A stretch of 64,000 nucleotides of DNA from Escherichia coli (lineage in GTDB: Bacteria; Pseudomonadota; Gammaproteobacteria; Enterobacterales; Enterobacteriaceae): the NCBI RefSeq assembly GCF_024298765.1, contig NZ_CP101210.1. The stretch is one strand, 5' to 3'. Below are positions 1 to 12,343 of the stretch, piece after piece. A program made the translations under genes and the position numbers. The notes under the pieces were generated by a model that saw nothing but the letters and a program-made list of their open reading frames with translations, was not told the DNA's origin and did not search any database. Position 1 is the first letter of the stretch. Each line of letters begins with the position of its first letter.

Positions 1-2283
1 TTTCATGCTGTGGCGGGTTCCCTGTGCCACAATGTCAGCCCACAGGCCGGAGGACGTGTGTGTCAGATTCAGGTATCCGCCCAGGCTGCCGGCATCATCC
101 CGGACCGTGCCGGCGCGGGAACCGTCATCATCCTTAACATCAACGGAAGAATGGCCTGCGGCACCATACACCCCTGTCGTCAGAGACATACCGGCAACCT
201 CTGTTCTGAGCAGGTCACCCTCCAGACGGACGAAGCCATAGCTGCCGCTGCTTTCCGGCGTGGCTCCACGGGCAATACCGCCGTTGTTATCGTGACCGAG
301 ATGACCGCCCTGAATGCTGAGACGGACGCTGTTATTTTCACCGTTTACACCGGTCTGATGGCTGCGGGAGCCTGCCAGAATCCGGTCATAGTCCATTGCC
401 TGTGTCAACATGGAGGCATACAGGGGGACTTCAGCACGATAAGCATTTTCACTGCGCAGGTACCAGTCTTCATCGCTGTCACGGTTCAGGGTGTAGTTAA
501 AGGCGCCGGCCTGAAGCGGGCGACTCAGGGCAAACGCACCTTCTTCTGTGGTGGCACCATTCTGTGCATCCACAACCCGGATACCCTGTCCGGAGGTTGC
601 CACCCCGAGGTTACTGTTTCCGACATTTGTAAACGCAAGCCAGGTTTTGCCGGTTGCCTGACCACCATTAATCACCAGCTGGTCAGAGGCATTGCTGCCA
701 TCAAGGCGAACACGCATATTGATGGTGCCACCCTGACCGGTGAGGTTACTGGTGGTCAGTTTATGGAACGTTACCGGGGCGTCGCCTTTTGCAACAGCAC
801 GGCTCAGGACGGCATCCTGTGTCGTCTGATTATCAAAGCGAATCTCCCCTGCGTTAACAATATCGCCGGTACTGACCACATCACCATTCAGTACCATGCT
901 GGCGCCTTTACTGAGCTGTGTTCTGCCACTCAGACTTCCCCCGGCAGCCAGCGTCAGTGTTCCACGATGTCCGACAGTGGTGTTGCCAGCCTGTCCCCCG
1001 GCATTAACCGTAAAGCTGCCGCCATTTTCCAGCAGCAGGCCGCTGGCCTGACCGGATATGCCATCAATACTGAACTTACCGCTGGCATTGGTCCCCTCAA
1101 CAGTGGCACCACTGTCTGCAATCAGGGCACCACCGGATGTCATGGTGACACCTGTCGCCTTACCACCGGCAGACACTGCCAGGGTTCCGCCGTCATCCAC
1201 CCGTGTTTTCTGCGCTGAATGGCCTTCCAGTACATCCAGGCGACCGCCGGACTCCAGAACAACGCCGTCAGCCTTACCGTTTTCCACCGTGAAATTGCCC
1301 AGACGGTTGCTGCCAAGAACCGTTGCCGCAGTACTGGTGACCAGTGCTCCACCCTGTTTCAGGGTGACATTCGTGGCTGTACCACCGGCGTTCACCTGCA
1401 GTTTGCCTTTCTGGTTAACGGTGGTGAAATCCGCCAGACCACCTTCCTTGACAATCTGCCAGCCGTCACTGTTTACAACCGTGTCAGAGGCTGTGCCTCC
1501 GTTGTGCACATACTGGTAACCGCCATTCAGTGTGGTATCCAGCGCATGCCCGTGTACCGTCTGGTCGCCGCCGGCATAAACCACAGTGGTATTTGCTGTT
1601 CCTTCAATAGCCACAATCTGACGACCATTTTTATTGATGGTGGTACGTACGGCATTTCCGCGAACAAACTGCCCGGTATCACCATTTTCTGCATCCGGTC
1701 CCCCTTCCGCGCCGGTATTCACAACCGTGTCGGTTGCCACTGCGCCGGATTTGACGGCCTGCCAGCCCTTCTCATTAATGACAGTACCCGTTGCAATCCC
1801 GCCTTCATGTACCCACTGCTCACCGCCGTTCAGAGTGGTGTTCACTGCCTGCCCCTGAAGGCTCTGTCCGCCTCCGGCACTGATAACCGTGTCTGAAACG
1901 CTTCCTCCGGCATTCACTCTCTGAAGACCACCACCGGTGACAGTAGTGTTGTTGGCGGTACCGCCATTTTGTATCCATTGGCCGCCGGTATTGGCCTCGT
2001 TATCCGGCCCATACTCCAGCCCGGTACTGATGGTCATTCCGTTGGCCGTACCGAAGACAATCTGGTTGTCATGATTTGTCAGTGTTCCGTCGTTCACGGT
2101 TTCTCCCGCCTGTACAACCGTGTCAGCAGCCAGTGCCGGGACTGATGTGACAGCAGCAAGAGACAGCGCAACCGCCACACCGGCGCGTTTTCCCCGTGAG
2201 CGGGCCAGTTCGGAAGCCACCACCAGGGTGCCCGTAATGTGATTCCATACCAGCCTGTAGCTGGTGTTCAGATGTCGTTTCAT
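1..2283 (-). CDS. flu: Antigen 43 (Ag43/Flu) self-associating autotransporter adhesin; N-terminal ~760 codons, 3' end runs off the window
   Basis: Reverse translation from ATG at 2281-2283 reads MKRHLNTSYRLVWNHITGTLVVASELARSRGKRAGVAVALSLAAVTSVPALA followed by Gly/Thr/Asn-rich beta-helix passenger repeats; frame stays open to position 1. Not in the ORF track because no stop lies in the window. Confidence 0.9.
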   Translation of the reverse strand, partial: MKRHLNTSYRLVWNHITGTLVVASELARSRGKRAGVAVALSLAAVTSVPALAADTVVQAGETVNDGTLTNHDNQIVFGTANGMTISTGLEYGPDNEANTGGQWIQNGGTANNTTVTGGGLQRVNAGGSVSDTVISAGGGQSLQGQAVNTTLNGGEQWVHEGGIATGTVINEKGWQAVKSGAVATDTVVNTGAEGGPDAENGDTGQFVRGNAVRTTINKNGRQIVAIEGTANTTVVYAGGDQTVHGHALDTTLNGGYQYVHNGGTASDTVVNSDGWQIVKEGGLADFTTVNQKGKLQVNAGGTATNVTLKQGGALVTSTAATVLGSNRLGNFTVENGKADGVVLESGGRLDVLEGHSAQKTRVDDGGTLAVSAGGKATGVTMTSGGALIADSGATVEGTNASGKFSIDGISGQASGLLLENGGSFTVNAGGQAGNTTVGHRGTLTLAAGGSLSGRTQLSKGASMVLNGDVVSTGDIVNAGEIRFDNQTTQDAVLSRAVAKGDAPVTFHKLTTSNLTGQGGTINMRVRLDGSNASDQLVINGGQATGKTWLAFTNVGNSNLGVATSGQGIRVVDAQNGATTEEGAFALSRPLQAGAFNYTLNRDSDEDWYLRSENAYRAEVPLYASMLTQAMDYDRILAGSRSHQTGVNGENNSVRLSIQGGHLGHDNNGGIARGATPESSGSYGFVRLEGDLLRTEVAGMSLTTGVYGAAGHSSVDVKDDDGSRAGTVRDDAGSLGGYLNLTHTSSGLWADIVAQGTRHSMK

Positions 2284-2494
2284 CAGCTTTTCCTTACAGA
2301 GGGTGAATAAAAAAGCCGGTACCCACAAAAGTGGATACCGGCAGGTACAAAACAGCATGGTCAGATAAAGTGGTTTTTCCCGGACATAAATGTTTCCCCT
2401 CTCTCATCCGCCAGAGAAGTATCAGTCCGTTGTGTGCAATTCCGTTCTGCATGATGAAGAGATTCAGCTGCCTTTTCGCAGACCATTAACCACT

Positions 2495-2540
2495 ATAAAC
2501 GATCGATAGTAACGATCGATACCTGTTTTATCGATCGTTT
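2495..2540 (-). promoter_or_regulatory. agn43 phase-variation switch region: three closely spaced GATC (Dam) sites in the flu leader, the expected OxyR-binding region
   Basis: GATC at about 2501-2504, 2514-2517 and 2533-2536 within aaacgatcgatagtaacgatcgatacctgttttatcgatcg, roughly 220-250 bp upstream of the flu ATG; matches the known Dam/OxyR switch architecture of agn43. Confidence 0.7.
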
Positions 2541-2653
2541 TATTCTATTAACAGCAAGGCAGTCACGCAAGAGAAAGAGGTGGATATGAGGGGGGTGTAT
2601 CATGTTTTCAGTTGGTTAACGCAATGTAATCAGGCATTTCCCTGGCAGACTGT

Positions 2654-3526
2654 TCAGAAGAAAATCCAGTTCCATACAGCGCGGGCAACAGAGACCACCG
2701 AGTCACGGACGGCACGCAGAACCGTGCGTGCAACAGAGGCAATACAGACGCTCTCCGCCGTGTCAAATATCCGGTCCACCGCACCGGTAAACTGTTCACG
2801 GGCCTGAGACCGGACAGATTCCGTGCGCAGCTCGTCCTGCAGGCGGGTCATCAGGGGACTGGCGGCATGGTCGGGAAGCGCTGTCATGAGCGCACTGACC
2901 AGCGTATCCAGTTCCCAGCCGGTGCAGGCCGATACGGCCACAACCGGATGTACGGGCCGGAACAGCCGGAATACCGCATCTGTTTTCTCACGAATGTTCT
3001 GTGCCTGTGCGGGAGAAGGCTGAATACCGGCCATATCCCATTCATGGCAGGGCTCCGTTTTGTCGGCCTGCGTCACCACAAACAGCACCCGCTGATGTCC
3101 CCGGTGCAGGATGTGTCGCCAGAAATACTCATCCACAGACAGGGCGCGGTCATCGGCTTTAATCAGCCACAGCACCAGGTCCAGTTCGGGCAGAATGTCA
3201 CGGTACAGGGCTTCATACTCTGCATCCCTGTCCCGGCTCTCGCCCACCCCGGGCAGGTCAGTGATAACCATGCTGTGACCGTGGCCACTCAGACGGAAGC
3301 GCCGCACTTCCCGGGTGCCGGCGTGAACATCACTGACCGGGGTGACCTCCCCCTGAAACAGCGCATTACAGAGTGAGGATTTACCGGCCCCGCTTTTACC
3401 CATAATGCCAATCACGGGTTCGTGACTGGTGAGTTTGCGCAGATGTTCCAGGATGTGACGGGAAAGTGAGTAAGGCAGGGAAGAAAGTGGTTTTTCAATT
3501 GCCTCAATGGCATCAGACGGATTCAT
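2654..3526 (-). CDS. yeeP: YeeP/YkfA/YfjP-family GTPase (CP4-type prophage-island protein)
   Basis: ORF 2654..3565; P-loop GIMGKSGAGKSS and DLPGVGE switch motif; position immediately upstream of flu as in CP4-44. Start at the internal MNPSD Met (3526) is my preference; the ORF-track start is 3565. Confidence 0.75.
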   Translation of the reverse strand: MNPSDAIEAIEKPLSSLPYSLSRHILEHLRKLTSHEPVIGIMGKSGAGKSSLCNALFQGEVTPVSDVHAGTREVRRFRLSGHGHSMVITDLPGVGESRDRDAEYEALYRDILPELDLVLWLIKADDRALSVDEYFWRHILHRGHQRVLFVVTQADKTEPCHEWDMAGIQPSPAQAQNIREKTDAVFRLFRPVHPVVAVSACTGWELDTLVSALMTALPDHAASPLMTRLQDELRTESVRSQAREQFTGAVDRIFDTAESVCIASVARTVLRAVRDSVVSVARAVWNWIFF

Positions 3527-3789
3527 ACATGTATTCCCGGTGAAAAAAGACAAAACCCCGCGCACCGGAAAGGTGGCGGGGGATTCACGGAGATAATATC
3601 TGTCTGAAATTATTTAGAATGCACCTGGTGCACTGCAAAGGAAAGGCAATATTCCGTTCCTCCTCCTTGTCGTGAATACCCCAGGTATCTCACAATGTAC
3701 ACCGACTTACTCCGGGGCTGCCTGAACCACAAGATTGCTGTAGAATTGCCCCCAATGATTCAGGTCCAAACCAGGAAAATGGATTAAAA

Positions 3790-5346
3790 ATGACAAGTAT
3801 TCAACAACGAGCAGAACTGCACCGCCAGATATGGCAAATTGCCAATGATGTCAGAGGTTCTGTTGACGGATGGGATTTTAAGCAATACGTTCTGGGCGCG
3901 CTTTTCTACCGTTTTATCAGCGAAAATTTTTCCAGCTATATTGAAGCCGGTGATGACAGTATCTGTTATGCGAAACTGGATGACAGCGTAATTACTGATG
4001 ACATTAAAGACGATGCCATCAAAACTAAAGGCTACTTCATCTACCCCAGTCAGCTTTTCTGCAACGTAGCTGCGAAAGCAAATACCAATGACAGACTGAA
4101 TGCAGATTTAAACAGTATCTTCGTTGCTATCGAAAGTTCTGCTTACGGTTACCCTTCAGAAGCTGACATCAAAGGTTTGTTTGCTGATTTCGATACCACC
4201 AGTAACCGCCTGGGTAACACCGTTAAGGATAAAAATGCCCGCCTGGCTGCGGTTCTGAAAGGGGTTGAAGGGTTAAAACTTGGTGACTTCAACGAACATC
4301 AGATTGACCTGTTCGGCGATGCCTATGAGTTCCTGATTTCTAACTATGCGGCGAATGCTGGTAAGTCAGGCGGCGAGTTTTTTACACCGCAGCACGTCTC
4401 CAGGCTGATTGCACAACTGGCTATGCACGGGCAGACCAGCGTTAACAAAATCTACGACCCGGCAGCAGGTTCCGGTTCGCTGTTGTTGCAGGCTAAAAAA
4501 CAGTTTGATGACCATATCATCGAAGAAGGTTTTTTTGGTCAGGAAATCAACCATACGACCTATAACCTGGCGCGTATGAACATGTTTTTGCACAACATCA
4601 ACTACGACAAGTTTGATATCAAGTTGGGCAATACGCTGACTGAGCCGCACTTCAGAGATGAAAAACCGTTTGATGCCATCGTTTCTAACCCGCCGTATTC
4701 GGTGAAATGGATTGGCAGCGATGACCCGACGCTGATTAACGATGAACGTTTTGCCCCGGCTGGCGTCCTGGCCCCCAAATCCAAAGCTGACTTTGCGTTT
4801 GTACTACATGCGCTGAACTATCTTTCGGCCAAAGGTCGTGCTGCGATTGTCTGCTTCCCGGGTATTTTTTACCGTGGCGGCGCAGAGCAGAAAATCCGTC
4901 AATATCTGGTCGACAATAACTATGTCGAAACCGTGATTTCACTGGCACCGAACCTGTTCTTTGGCACCACCATTGCCGTAAACATTCTGGTGCTGTCTAA
5001 ACATAAAACGGATACCAACGTTCAGTTTATTGACGCCAGCGAACTGTTCAAAAAAGAGACTAACAACAATATCCTGACCGATGCCCATATCGAACAGATT
5101 ATGCAGGTATTTGCCAGCAAGGAAGATGTTGCTCATCTGGCAAAATCTGTCGCGTTCGAAGCCGTTGTCGCGAATGACTATAACCTGTCGGTGAGCAGCT
5201 ATGTGGAAGCGAAAGATAACCGCGAAATTATCAATATTGCTGAACTGAATGCAGAGCTGAAAACCACGGTCAGCAAAATCGACCAGTTGCGTAAAGATAT
5301 TGATGCAATTGTGGCTGAAATTGAAGGCTGCGAGGTGCAGAAATGA
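3790..5346 (+). CDS. hsdM: Type I restriction-modification N6-adenine DNA methyltransferase subunit HsdM (type IC-like)
   Basis: 518 aa; SAM-binding motif DPAAGSGS and catalytic motif SNPPYS; stop overlaps the hsdS start (ATGA). Confidence 0.9.
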   Translation: MTSIQQRAELHRQIWQIANDVRGSVDGWDFKQYVLGALFYRFISENFSSYIEAGDDSICYAKLDDSVITDDIKDDAIKTKGYFIYPSQLFCNVAAKANTNDRLNADLNSIFVAIESSAYGYPSEADIKGLFADFDTTSNRLGNTVKDKNARLAAVLKGVEGLKLGDFNEHQIDLFGDAYEFLISNYAANAGKSGGEFFTPQHVSRLIAQLAMHGQTSVNKIYDPAAGSGSLLLQAKKQFDDHIIEEGFFGQEINHTTYNLARMNMFLHNINYDKFDIKLGNTLTEPHFRDEKPFDAIVSNPPYSVKWIGSDDPTLINDERFAPAGVLAPKSKADFAFVLHALNYLSAKGRAAIVCFPGIFYRGGAEQKIRQYLVDNNYVETVISLAPNLFFGTTIAVNILVLSKHKTDTNVQFIDASELFKKETNNNILTDAHIEQIMQVFASKEDVAHLAKSVAFEAVVANDYNLSVSSYVEAKDNREIINIAELNAELKTTVSKIDQLRKDIDAIVAEIEGCEVQK

Positions 5347-6569
5347 GCGAGTTGACTTATCTGGAAAAATTGCTGGATGGGGTTAAGGTTGAGTGGCAAA
5401 CACTAGGGAAAGTGCTTAAACGAACTAAAGGCACAAAAATAACCGCTGGGCAGATGAAAGCTCTTCACAAAGATAATGCGCCGCTTAAAATTTTTGCAGG
5501 AGGGAAAACAGTAGCCTTTGTTGACTTTAAAGATATACCAGAGAAAGATATTAATAGAGAGCCATCGATTATTGTTAAATCCAGAGGTATTATCGAATTC
5601 GAGTATTACGATAAACCATTCTCTCACAAAAATGAGATGTGGTCATATCACTCAAATAATGATGCGATAAGCATAAAGTATATTTATTACTTCCTAAAAA
5701 TAAATGAAGGATATTTCCAGAAAATTGGGGGTAAAATGCAAATGCCACAAATTGCAACTCCTGATACAGATAAGTTTGAAGTTCCAATCCCCTGCCCGGA
5801 TAATCCGGAAAAATCCCTTGCCATCCAGTCTGAAATCGTTCGGATTCTGGATAAGTTTACTGCACTTACCGCTGAGCTTACCGCTGAGCTTAATATGCGT
5901 AAAAAACAATACAACTACTATCGCGACCAGTTACTGAGTTTTGAGGATGGTGAGGTTGAGTGGAAGGCGTTAGGGACTATATGCCAAATTGGCGATGGCA
6001 ATCACTCATCAAAGTATCCTAAGGCGAATGAAATGATTGAGCAGGGGATACCCTTCATTCGTGGTACCAATATGGTGAATGGTACAATATGCAATCAAGA
6101 TATGAAGTACATATCTAAAGAAAAACACAATGAACTAAAAAAGGGGCATTTAAAAGCATTTGATGTTTTGATAGCTAATAGGGGAGAGGTTGGGAAGGTA
6201 GCATATGTTCCAGAGGGATATTCTGGATCTAATTTAAACTCCCAGTTAGCATGGCTTAGAGCCAACCCGGAAATTATCATTAATAGATATTTATTTTTCA
6301 TTCTTTGCTCATCAACCATACAGAATAAACTTTCTGGTGAAGGAGGGGCATTACAACAACTTACTATCAAGAACATAAAAAACATTCAGATACCTGTTCC
6401 ATCAATAACCGTTCAGAGCAATATCGTATCTTTTTTGGACAAGTTCGACTCGTTAACCAACTCAATCAGTGAAGGCTTGCCACGTGAAATCGAGTTGCGC
6501 CAGAAACAATACGAGTACTATCGTGATTTACTGTTCAGTTTCCCAAAACCTGATACTGTCAGTAATTAA
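5343..6569 (+). CDS. hsdS: Type I restriction-modification specificity subunit HsdS, type IC family, two target-recognition domains
   Basis: 408 aa; central conserved region [27 protein letters not shown] and C-terminal repeat [15 protein letters not shown]; the TAEL tandem repeat is the type IC (EcoR124I-family) hallmark. Confidence 0.85.
   Translation: MSELTYLEKLLDGVKVEWQTLGKVLKRTKGTKITAGQMKALHKDNAPLKIFAGGKTVAFVDFKDIPEKDINREPSIIVKSRGIIEFEYYDKPFSHKNEMWSYHSNNDAISIKYIYYFLKINEGYFQKIGGKMQMPQIATPDTDKFEVPIPCPDNPEKSLAIQSEIVRILDKFTALTAELTAELNMRKKQYNYYRDQLLSFEDGEVEWKALGTICQIGDGNHSSKYPKANEMIEQGIPFIRGTNMVNGTICNQDMKYISKEKHNELKKGHLKAFDVLIANRGEVGKVAYVPEGYSGSNLNSQLAWLRANPEIIINRYLFFILCSSTIQNKLSGEGGALQQLTIKNIKNIQIPVPSITVQSNIVSFLDKFDSLTNSISEGLPREIELRQKQYEYYRDLLFSFPKPDTVSN
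5868..5891 (+). repeat. 2 x 12-bp in-frame direct repeat (accgctgagctt) encoding TAEL-TAEL in the HsdS central spacer region
   Basis: Read directly in the sequence; in type IC HsdS the TAEL copy number sets the spacer length of the recognition site (EcoR124I vs EcoR124II). Confidence 0.85.
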
Positions 6570-6690
6570 TTGACCATTGCTACCGACCGGGCCACCTTAA
6601 CACCCGGTCTGTATATAGACTATTTTTTACGCGCCGGAAGTCACTCTTAACGCCCTTCCGGCCCTTGCCAGGCGGCACAAAGGATGCGCT

Positions 6691-9600
6691 ATGACTCATC
6701 AAACACACACCATTGCTGAATCCAATAACTTTATCGTCCTTGATAAGTACATCAAAGCTGAGCAAACAGGCGACAGCTATCAGAGCGAATCGGACCTGGA
6801 ACGGGAACTGATTCAGGACCTGCGAAATCAGGGCTATGAATTTATATCCGTAAAATCTCAGTCAGCGATGCTGGCCAACGTTCGGGAACAGCTTCAGAAC
6901 CTCAATGGTGTGGTGTTTAATGACAGCGAGTGGCGGCGTTTCACGGAGCAGTTTCTGGATAATCCGAGCGATGGCATCCTGGATAAAACCCGTAAAATTC
7001 ATATCGACTACATCTGCGACTTTATTTTTGACGACGGGCGTCTTGAGAACATCTATTTGATAGATAAAAAGAATCTCATGCGCAATAAAGTGCAGATTAT
7101 CCAGCAGTTTGAACAGGCAGGCTCTCATGCTAACCGTTATGACGTCACGATCCTGGTTAATGGTTTACCGCTGGTGCAAATCGAACTAAAAAAACGCGGG
7201 GTGGCGATTCGTGAGGCTTTCAACCAGATACATCGTTACAGTAAAGAGAGTTTTAACAGCGAAAATTCCCTGTTTAAGTATCTGCAACTGTTTGTCATTT
7301 CTAACGGCACCGATACCCGTTACTTTGCCAACACCACAAAGCGCGATAAAAACAGTTTTGACTTCACCATGAACTGGGCGAAATCAGACAACACGCTGAT
7401 TAAAGACCTCAAAGACTTTACCGCTACCTTTTTCCAGAAACATACTCTGCTTAATGTTCTGGTGAACTACAGCGTTTTTGACAGCAGTCAGACGCTACTA
7501 GTGATGCGACCGTACCAGATTGCTGCCACCGAGCGCATTCTGTGGAAAATTAAGAGCTCCTTTACAGCGAAGAACTGGTCAAAACCGGAAAGCGGTGGGT
7601 ATATCTGGCACACTACCGGTTCTGGTAAAACCCTCACCAGCTTTAAAGCCGCGCGTCTGGCAACAGAGCTGGACTTTATTGATAAAGTCTTCTTCGTGGT
7701 CGACAGGAAAGACCTCGATTACCAGACCATGAAGGAATATCAGCGTTTTTCGCCAGACAGCGTCAACGGCTCGGAAAATACCGCAGGCCTTAAACGAAAT
7801 CTGGATAAGGACGATAACAAAATTATCGTCACTACTATTCAGAAACTCAATAACCTGATGAAAGCAGAAAGCGACCTGCCTGTATATAATCAGCAAGTGG
7901 TGTTTATATTTGATGAATGCCACCGCAGCCAGTTTGGAGAAGCGCAGAAAAACCTGAAGAAGAAATTCAAACGCTATTATCAGTTTGGTTTTACCGGCAC
8001 CCCTATTTTCCCGGAAAACGCCTTAGGCTCAGAAACAACCGCCAGCGTATTTGGTCGTGAATTGCATTCGTATGTAATTACCGATGCGATTCGTGACGAA
8101 AAAGTGCTCAAATTCAAGGTGGACTACAACGATGTGCGACCACAGTTTAAGTCTTTAGAGACAGAAACTGACGAGAAAAAACTAAGTGCGGCTGAAAATC
8201 AGCAGGCGTTTCTTCATCCCATGCGTATTCAGGAAATCACGCAATATATTCTGAATAATTTCCGCCAGAAAACCCACCGTACTTTCCCTGGCTCCAAAGG
8301 TTTTAATGCCATGCTGGCAGTAAGCAGCGTGGATGCCGCGAAAGCCTATTACGCGACGTTTAAACGGTTACAAGAGGAAGCCGCTAATAAATCTACTACC
8401 TGTAAACCACTGCGTGTTGCGACAATCTTCTCCTTTGCCGCTAATGAAGAACAAAATGCGATTGGTGAAATATCCGATGAAACTTTTGATACCAGCGCAA
8501 TGGACAGCAGTGCTAAAGAGTTTCTTGACGCTGCAATTCGTGAGTATAACAGCTATTTTAAAACTAACTTCAGCACCGACAGTAAGGGTTTTCAGAACTA
8601 CTATCGTGATTTAGCCCAACGGGTTAAAAATCAGGATATCGATCTGTTAATTGTCGTGGGGATGTTTTTAACCGGTTTCGATGCTCCAACATTGAACACG
8701 CTATTCGTCGATAAAAACTTGCGTTTTCACGGCCTGATGCAGGCATTTTCCCGCACCAACCGTATTTATGATGCAACTAAAACCTTCGGTAATATCGTCA
8801 CTTTCCGCGATCTGGAACGCTCAACCATCGATGCCATAACGCTGTTTGGTGACAAAAACACCAAAAATGTAGTGTTAGAAAAGAGTTATGCAGAGTATAT
8901 GGAAGGCTTTACTGATGCTGCTACTGGTGAAGCTAAGCGCGGCTTTATGGCAGTAGTTGCAGAACTGGAACAACGGTTCCCTGACCCTGCCAGTATTGAA
9001 AGTGAAAAAGAGAAGAAAGACTTCGTTAAACTGTTTGGTGAATACCTGCGTGCCGAGAACATCCTGCAAAACTATGATGAATTTGCCACGCTGAAAGCCC
9101 TGCAACAAATCGATCTTAGCGATCCTGTTGCAGTAGAAAAATTCAAAGCAGAACATTATGTGGATGATGAAAAGCTCGCTGAATTGCAAACAATTCGTCT
9201 CCCTGCTGATCGCAAGATTCAGGATTATCGTTCTGCCTATAACGATATTCGCGACTGGCAGCGCCGTGAGAAAGAAGCTGAGAAAAAAGAGAAATCAACC
9301 ACTGACTGGGATGACGTAGTTTTTGAGGTCGATTTGCTGAAATCTCAGGAAATAAACCTGGATTATATCCTTGGTCTGATTTTCGAGCACAACAGACAAA
9401 ACAAAGGTAAGAGCGAAATGATCGAAGAGGTCAAACGCTTAATTCGTTCAAGCCTGGGGAACCGTGCTAAAGAGGGCCTGGTGGTCGATTTTATTCAGCA
9501 AACGAACCTGGATGATTTACCGGACAAAGCCAGCATCATTGACGCATTCTTTACGTTTGCTCAACGCGAACAGCAACGTGAAGCAGAAGCCTTGATCAAA

Positions 9601-9807
9601 GAAGAAAATCTCAATGAAGAGGCGGCGAAACGCTATATTCGCACATCTTTAAAACGCGAATACGCCACCGAAAATGGCACGGAATTAAACGAGACACTGC
9701 CCAGACTCAGTCCTTTAAATCCGCAATATAAAACGAAAAAACAGACTGTTTTTCAAAAAATTAGCGCATTTATTGAAAAATTTAAGGGGGTGGGTGGAAA
9801 GATTTAG
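6691..9807 (+). CDS. hsdR: Type I restriction endonuclease subunit HsdR (SF2 helicase/nuclease)
   Basis: 1038 aa; helicase motifs TGSGKT and DECHRSQ; RBS aaagga before the ATG; gene order M-S-R as in type IC systems. The TAG stop sits directly against the IS5 end. Confidence 0.9.
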   Translation: MTHQTHTIAESNNFIVLDKYIKAEQTGDSYQSESDLERELIQDLRNQGYEFISVKSQSAMLANVREQLQNLNGVVFNDSEWRRFTEQFLDNPSDGILDKTRKIHIDYICDFIFDDGRLENIYLIDKKNLMRNKVQIIQQFEQAGSHANRYDVTILVNGLPLVQIELKKRGVAIREAFNQIHRYSKESFNSENSLFKYLQLFVISNGTDTRYFANTTKRDKNSFDFTMNWAKSDNTLIKDLKDFTATFFQKHTLLNVLVNYSVFDSSQTLLVMRPYQIAATERILWKIKSSFTAKNWSKPESGGYIWHTTGSGKTLTSFKAARLATELDFIDKVFFVVDRKDLDYQTMKEYQRFSPDSVNGSENTAGLKRNLDKDDNKIIVTTIQKLNNLMKAESDLPVYNQQVVFIFDECHRSQFGEAQKNLKKKFKRYYQFGFTGTPIFPENALGSETTASVFGRELHSYVITDAIRDEKVLKFKVDYNDVRPQFKSLETETDEKKLSAAENQQAFLHPMRIQEITQYILNNFRQKTHRTFPGSKGFNAMLAVSSVDAAKAYYATFKRLQEEAANKSTTCKPLRVATIFSFAANEEQNAIGEISDETFDTSAMDSSAKEFLDAAIREYNSYFKTNFSTDSKGFQNYYRDLAQRVKNQDIDLLIVVGMFLTGFDAPTLNTLFVDKNLRFHGLMQAFSRTNRIYDATKTFGNIVTFRDLERSTIDAITLFGDKNTKNVVLEKSYAEYMEGFTDAATGEAKRGFMAVVAELEQRFPDPASIESEKEKKDFVKLFGEYLRAENILQNYDEFATLKALQQIDLSDPVAVEKFKAEHYVDDEKLAELQTIRLPADRKIQDYRSAYNDIRDWQRREKEAEKKEKSTTDWDDVVFEVDLLKSQEINLDYILGLIFEHNRQNKGKSEMIEEVKRLIRSSLGNRAKEGLVVDFIQQTNLDDLPDKASIIDAFFTFAQREQQREAEALIKEENLNEEAAKRYIRTSLKREYATENGTELNETLPRLSPLNPQYKTKKQTVFQKISAFIEKFKGVGGKI

Positions 9808-11003
<1,196 letters not shown>

Positions 11004-11598
11004 CAAGAGAACGCAACAGCGCACTTGCTTTGCCACAGTTGAATTTTGTGCCGTAACGATGTGCAAGCATGTAAGCATAAGGAGTCAAGGTATAGCGTGT
11101 TACTTAGTTACTCGGATTAACAATCCCAACGTACAGAGCGGCGGATTTACAGAGTCAGCGCAGTCCCTGCTCCGGCAGTCAGTGGCAGGCGGCGTACTGA
11201 AGCAAACCATTATCGATACCGGCATCGGCGATACCATCGGCATGCTGATGTCACACGGCAATATTTCTCCCTACATCATGGCGTGGTTGATAACCGTGCT
11301 GATCCGTCTGGCAACGGGTCAGGGCGTGGTCTCAGCCATGACGGCGGCGGGGATTATTAGCGCAGCAATCCTCGACCCGGCAACCGGTCAACTGGTGGGC
11401 GTCGACCCGGCGTTGCTGGTGCTGGCAACAGCGGCTGGCTCCAACACGCTGACCCATATCAACGATGCTTCGTTCTGGCTGTTCAAAGGCTACTTTGATC
11501 TGTCGGTGAAGGATACGCTGAAAACCTGGGGTCTGCTGGAGCTGGTAAACTCCGTGGTTGGCCTGATAATCGTGTTGATCATCAGCATGATTGCATAA
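11004..11598 (+). pseudogene. C-terminal fragment of a GntP-family (gluconate/H+ symporter-like) permease, 5'-truncated at the IS5 boundary
   Basis: Open frame from the IS5 end to the stop at 11598; C-terminal hydrophobic segments ([35 protein letters not shown]...[17 protein letters not shown]) typical of GntP-family transporters; no start codon or N-terminal half. Confidence 0.55.
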
Positions 11599-11605
11599 CG
11601 TTGAT

Positions 11606-11638
11606 ACCGCTCTGGCCCACAGCGCCAGAGCGGTTTTC
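11606..11638. terminator. Hairpin terminator between the convergent GntP-fragment and ykgG (stem accgctctggc / gccagagcggt, then TTTT)
   Basis: 11-bp perfect inverted repeat with a 7-nt loop followed by a T-run on the + strand, in the 49-bp gap between convergent stop codons. Confidence 0.5.
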
Positions 11639-11647
11639 CATCCTGCC

Positions 11648-12343
11648 TCAACAATCCTCAATAATCAGATATACCGCCTTCACCGGACCATGCACCCCAA
11701 CCACCTTGATAAGCTCAATATCCGCCGTCGAGCTGGGTCCACTGATGATATTAATGCACGATGGCATACGCTCACCGGCCTGTGCTTTCTGATGCAGTTT
11801 TTCTGCCAGCTGCGCCACGCGCGGCAGGATGGTGCTTTTACGCAGCACGAAAATAGAGGACTCCGGCAACAGGCTCAGGGAGCGCCCGCGCTCCGGTGCG
11901 GAAAACAGCACCACGCCGCCGGACTCGGTCAGGCCATATTCGGCATACACCACGCCGACTTTCGCCTGCTCGGCCTGGGTAATATTTTCGCTACCACGCG
12001 CCGGATCCCAGACCACGGCGTTGCATTCCTGCTGCAAGCGTTCGGTGATGCCCAGCTCCACCAGCCGGCTGTCGCCGCTCAGCACCACCGGCTGCTGACC
12101 CAATTCTTCGCACAGGCGCAGTGCCGCGTCTGCGGCCTGGTCCTCGCTGGTCAGTTCGCAGCGGGCCAGCATCACTTCGCTGGCAAACTGGATAAACGCA
12201 GAGCAGCGCTGCTCGGGGCTAAGCTCGGTCAGGCGCTCGTTGGCATAGTTGTTAACCGGTGCGGCATCCGCTTGCGGTTCGAAGCGCAGCGGGCGACCCA
12301 GCGCCTGGGCGATGGTGTTTAAAAACGCGGTACGGTTATCCAT
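11648..12343 (-). CDS. ykgG: Lactate utilisation protein C (LutC/YkgG)
   Basis: Start at the internal Met MDNRTAFLNTIAQALGRP (231 aa), overlapping the ykgF stop by 8 bp; the longer ORF-track start at 12490 is rejected. Confidence 0.8.
   Translation of the reverse strand: MDNRTAFLNTIAQALGRPLRFEPQADAAPVNNYANERLTELSPEQRCSAFIQFASEVMLARCELTSEDQAADAALRLCEELGQQPVVLSGDSRLVELGITERLQQECNAVVWDPARGSENITQAEQAKVGVVYAEYGLTESGGVVLFSAPERGRSLSLLPESSIFVLRKSTILPRVAQLAEKLHQKAQAGERMPSCINIISGPSSTADIELIKVVGVHGPVKAVYLIIEDC

Noticed and set aside
5-1896. Plus-strand ORFs 10..1218 (402 aa), 1058..1519, 1219..1896 and minus ORF 1140..1352
   Set aside because: They lie antisense to or out of frame with the Ag43 passenger domain, whose minus-strand frame is open across the whole region; long spurious ORFs are expected in GC-rich repetitive coding DNA.
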